Below, one piece after another: positions 63,471 through 64,000 of a stretch of DNA of 64,000 nucleotides. The notes beneath the pieces are model-generated. The model made no database searches. It was not told the DNA's origin and saw only the letters and a list, made by a program, of their open reading frames with translations. This stretch comes from Eukaryota sp. GEM-RC1. Lineage: Eukaryota. The stretch is from positions 806,001 through 870,000 of the forward strand of contig JAUFOQ010000010.1 of NCBI GenBank assembly GCA_040285855.1, written 5' to 3'. Position numbers and translations under genes: made by a program. How positions within the stretch are numbered: the first letter of the stretch is position 1; every line of letters starts with the position of its first letter.

Positions 63471-64000
63471 AATAACACACTCAATTTATGATAAGCAAAG
63501 ACCTACTTTCTATGCTGAGACAATTTCGCGACAAGATTTCCAATTAAATTACAGATCACTAAAACAGAATCTAACGAACAACCTAATTTTGACCAATATT
63601 TAATAAATTACCATGATCAAAATATCTGTGGAACACAGACAAGAGGATACTGTACATCTTATAAATCACTGATAATAATCAAAGCATCACTCAACTCAAG
63701 GACAATTAAGCTTTTTTGAGAAAAATACAACCGTGTTAACAACGAGACAATGTGTCGGTGATTCGAACTATTTCAAAACAAAAGAATAATGTTACATCAT
63801 TTCCAGATACCAATTAATACGTGGTGTTGTTGAAAACAATAGCAAATGAACTTTTCGATATGACGAGTCTTAATTACCAGGTAAAACTGAAAATCAATCT
63901 GTGTATAAACAATTGCTAAACCGCATTGATATTTGTTCATGTGTGACTTATAATGGGGTGATCTTTATATCAGAGGAAAATATCTTTAGAAACGAATTCT

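Overview
AT-rich eukaryotic DNA, most likely from a protist (29-34 nt GT-AG introns, eukaryotic tRNA-Sec architecture). It is a transposon-dense accessory region. Host genes: M18 aspartyl aminopeptidase; a papain/cathepsin-L-like protease with 7 tiny introns and two consecutive 6-nt micro-exons just after the catalytic Cys; a large TmcB/TmcC-like membrane protein plus a dead partial paralog; and degraded YhhN-like and CPBP/Abi-like membrane enzymes. A tRNA-Sec(UCA) gene lies at 46322-46409. Two expanded families are interspersed. The first is 6-7 intronless genes with a shared ~150-aa N-terminal domain I do not recognise plus 2-14 RI-like 28-aa LRRs. The second is four secreted ~172-aa proteins with two homologous Cys-rich modules joined by an acidic linker and with variable loops; this is the best candidate here for an undescribed system. 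Mobile DNA includes a degenerate Fanzor1-like ORF, RLE-type non-LTR retrotransposon copies (one nested in a TIR element), many hAT elements with 8-bp TSDs, pogo-like MITEs and MULE-like remnants. Many 1-nt frameshifts may be long-read errors, so some pseudogene calls are uncertain. All family assignments come from reading motifs by eye, not from database searches.
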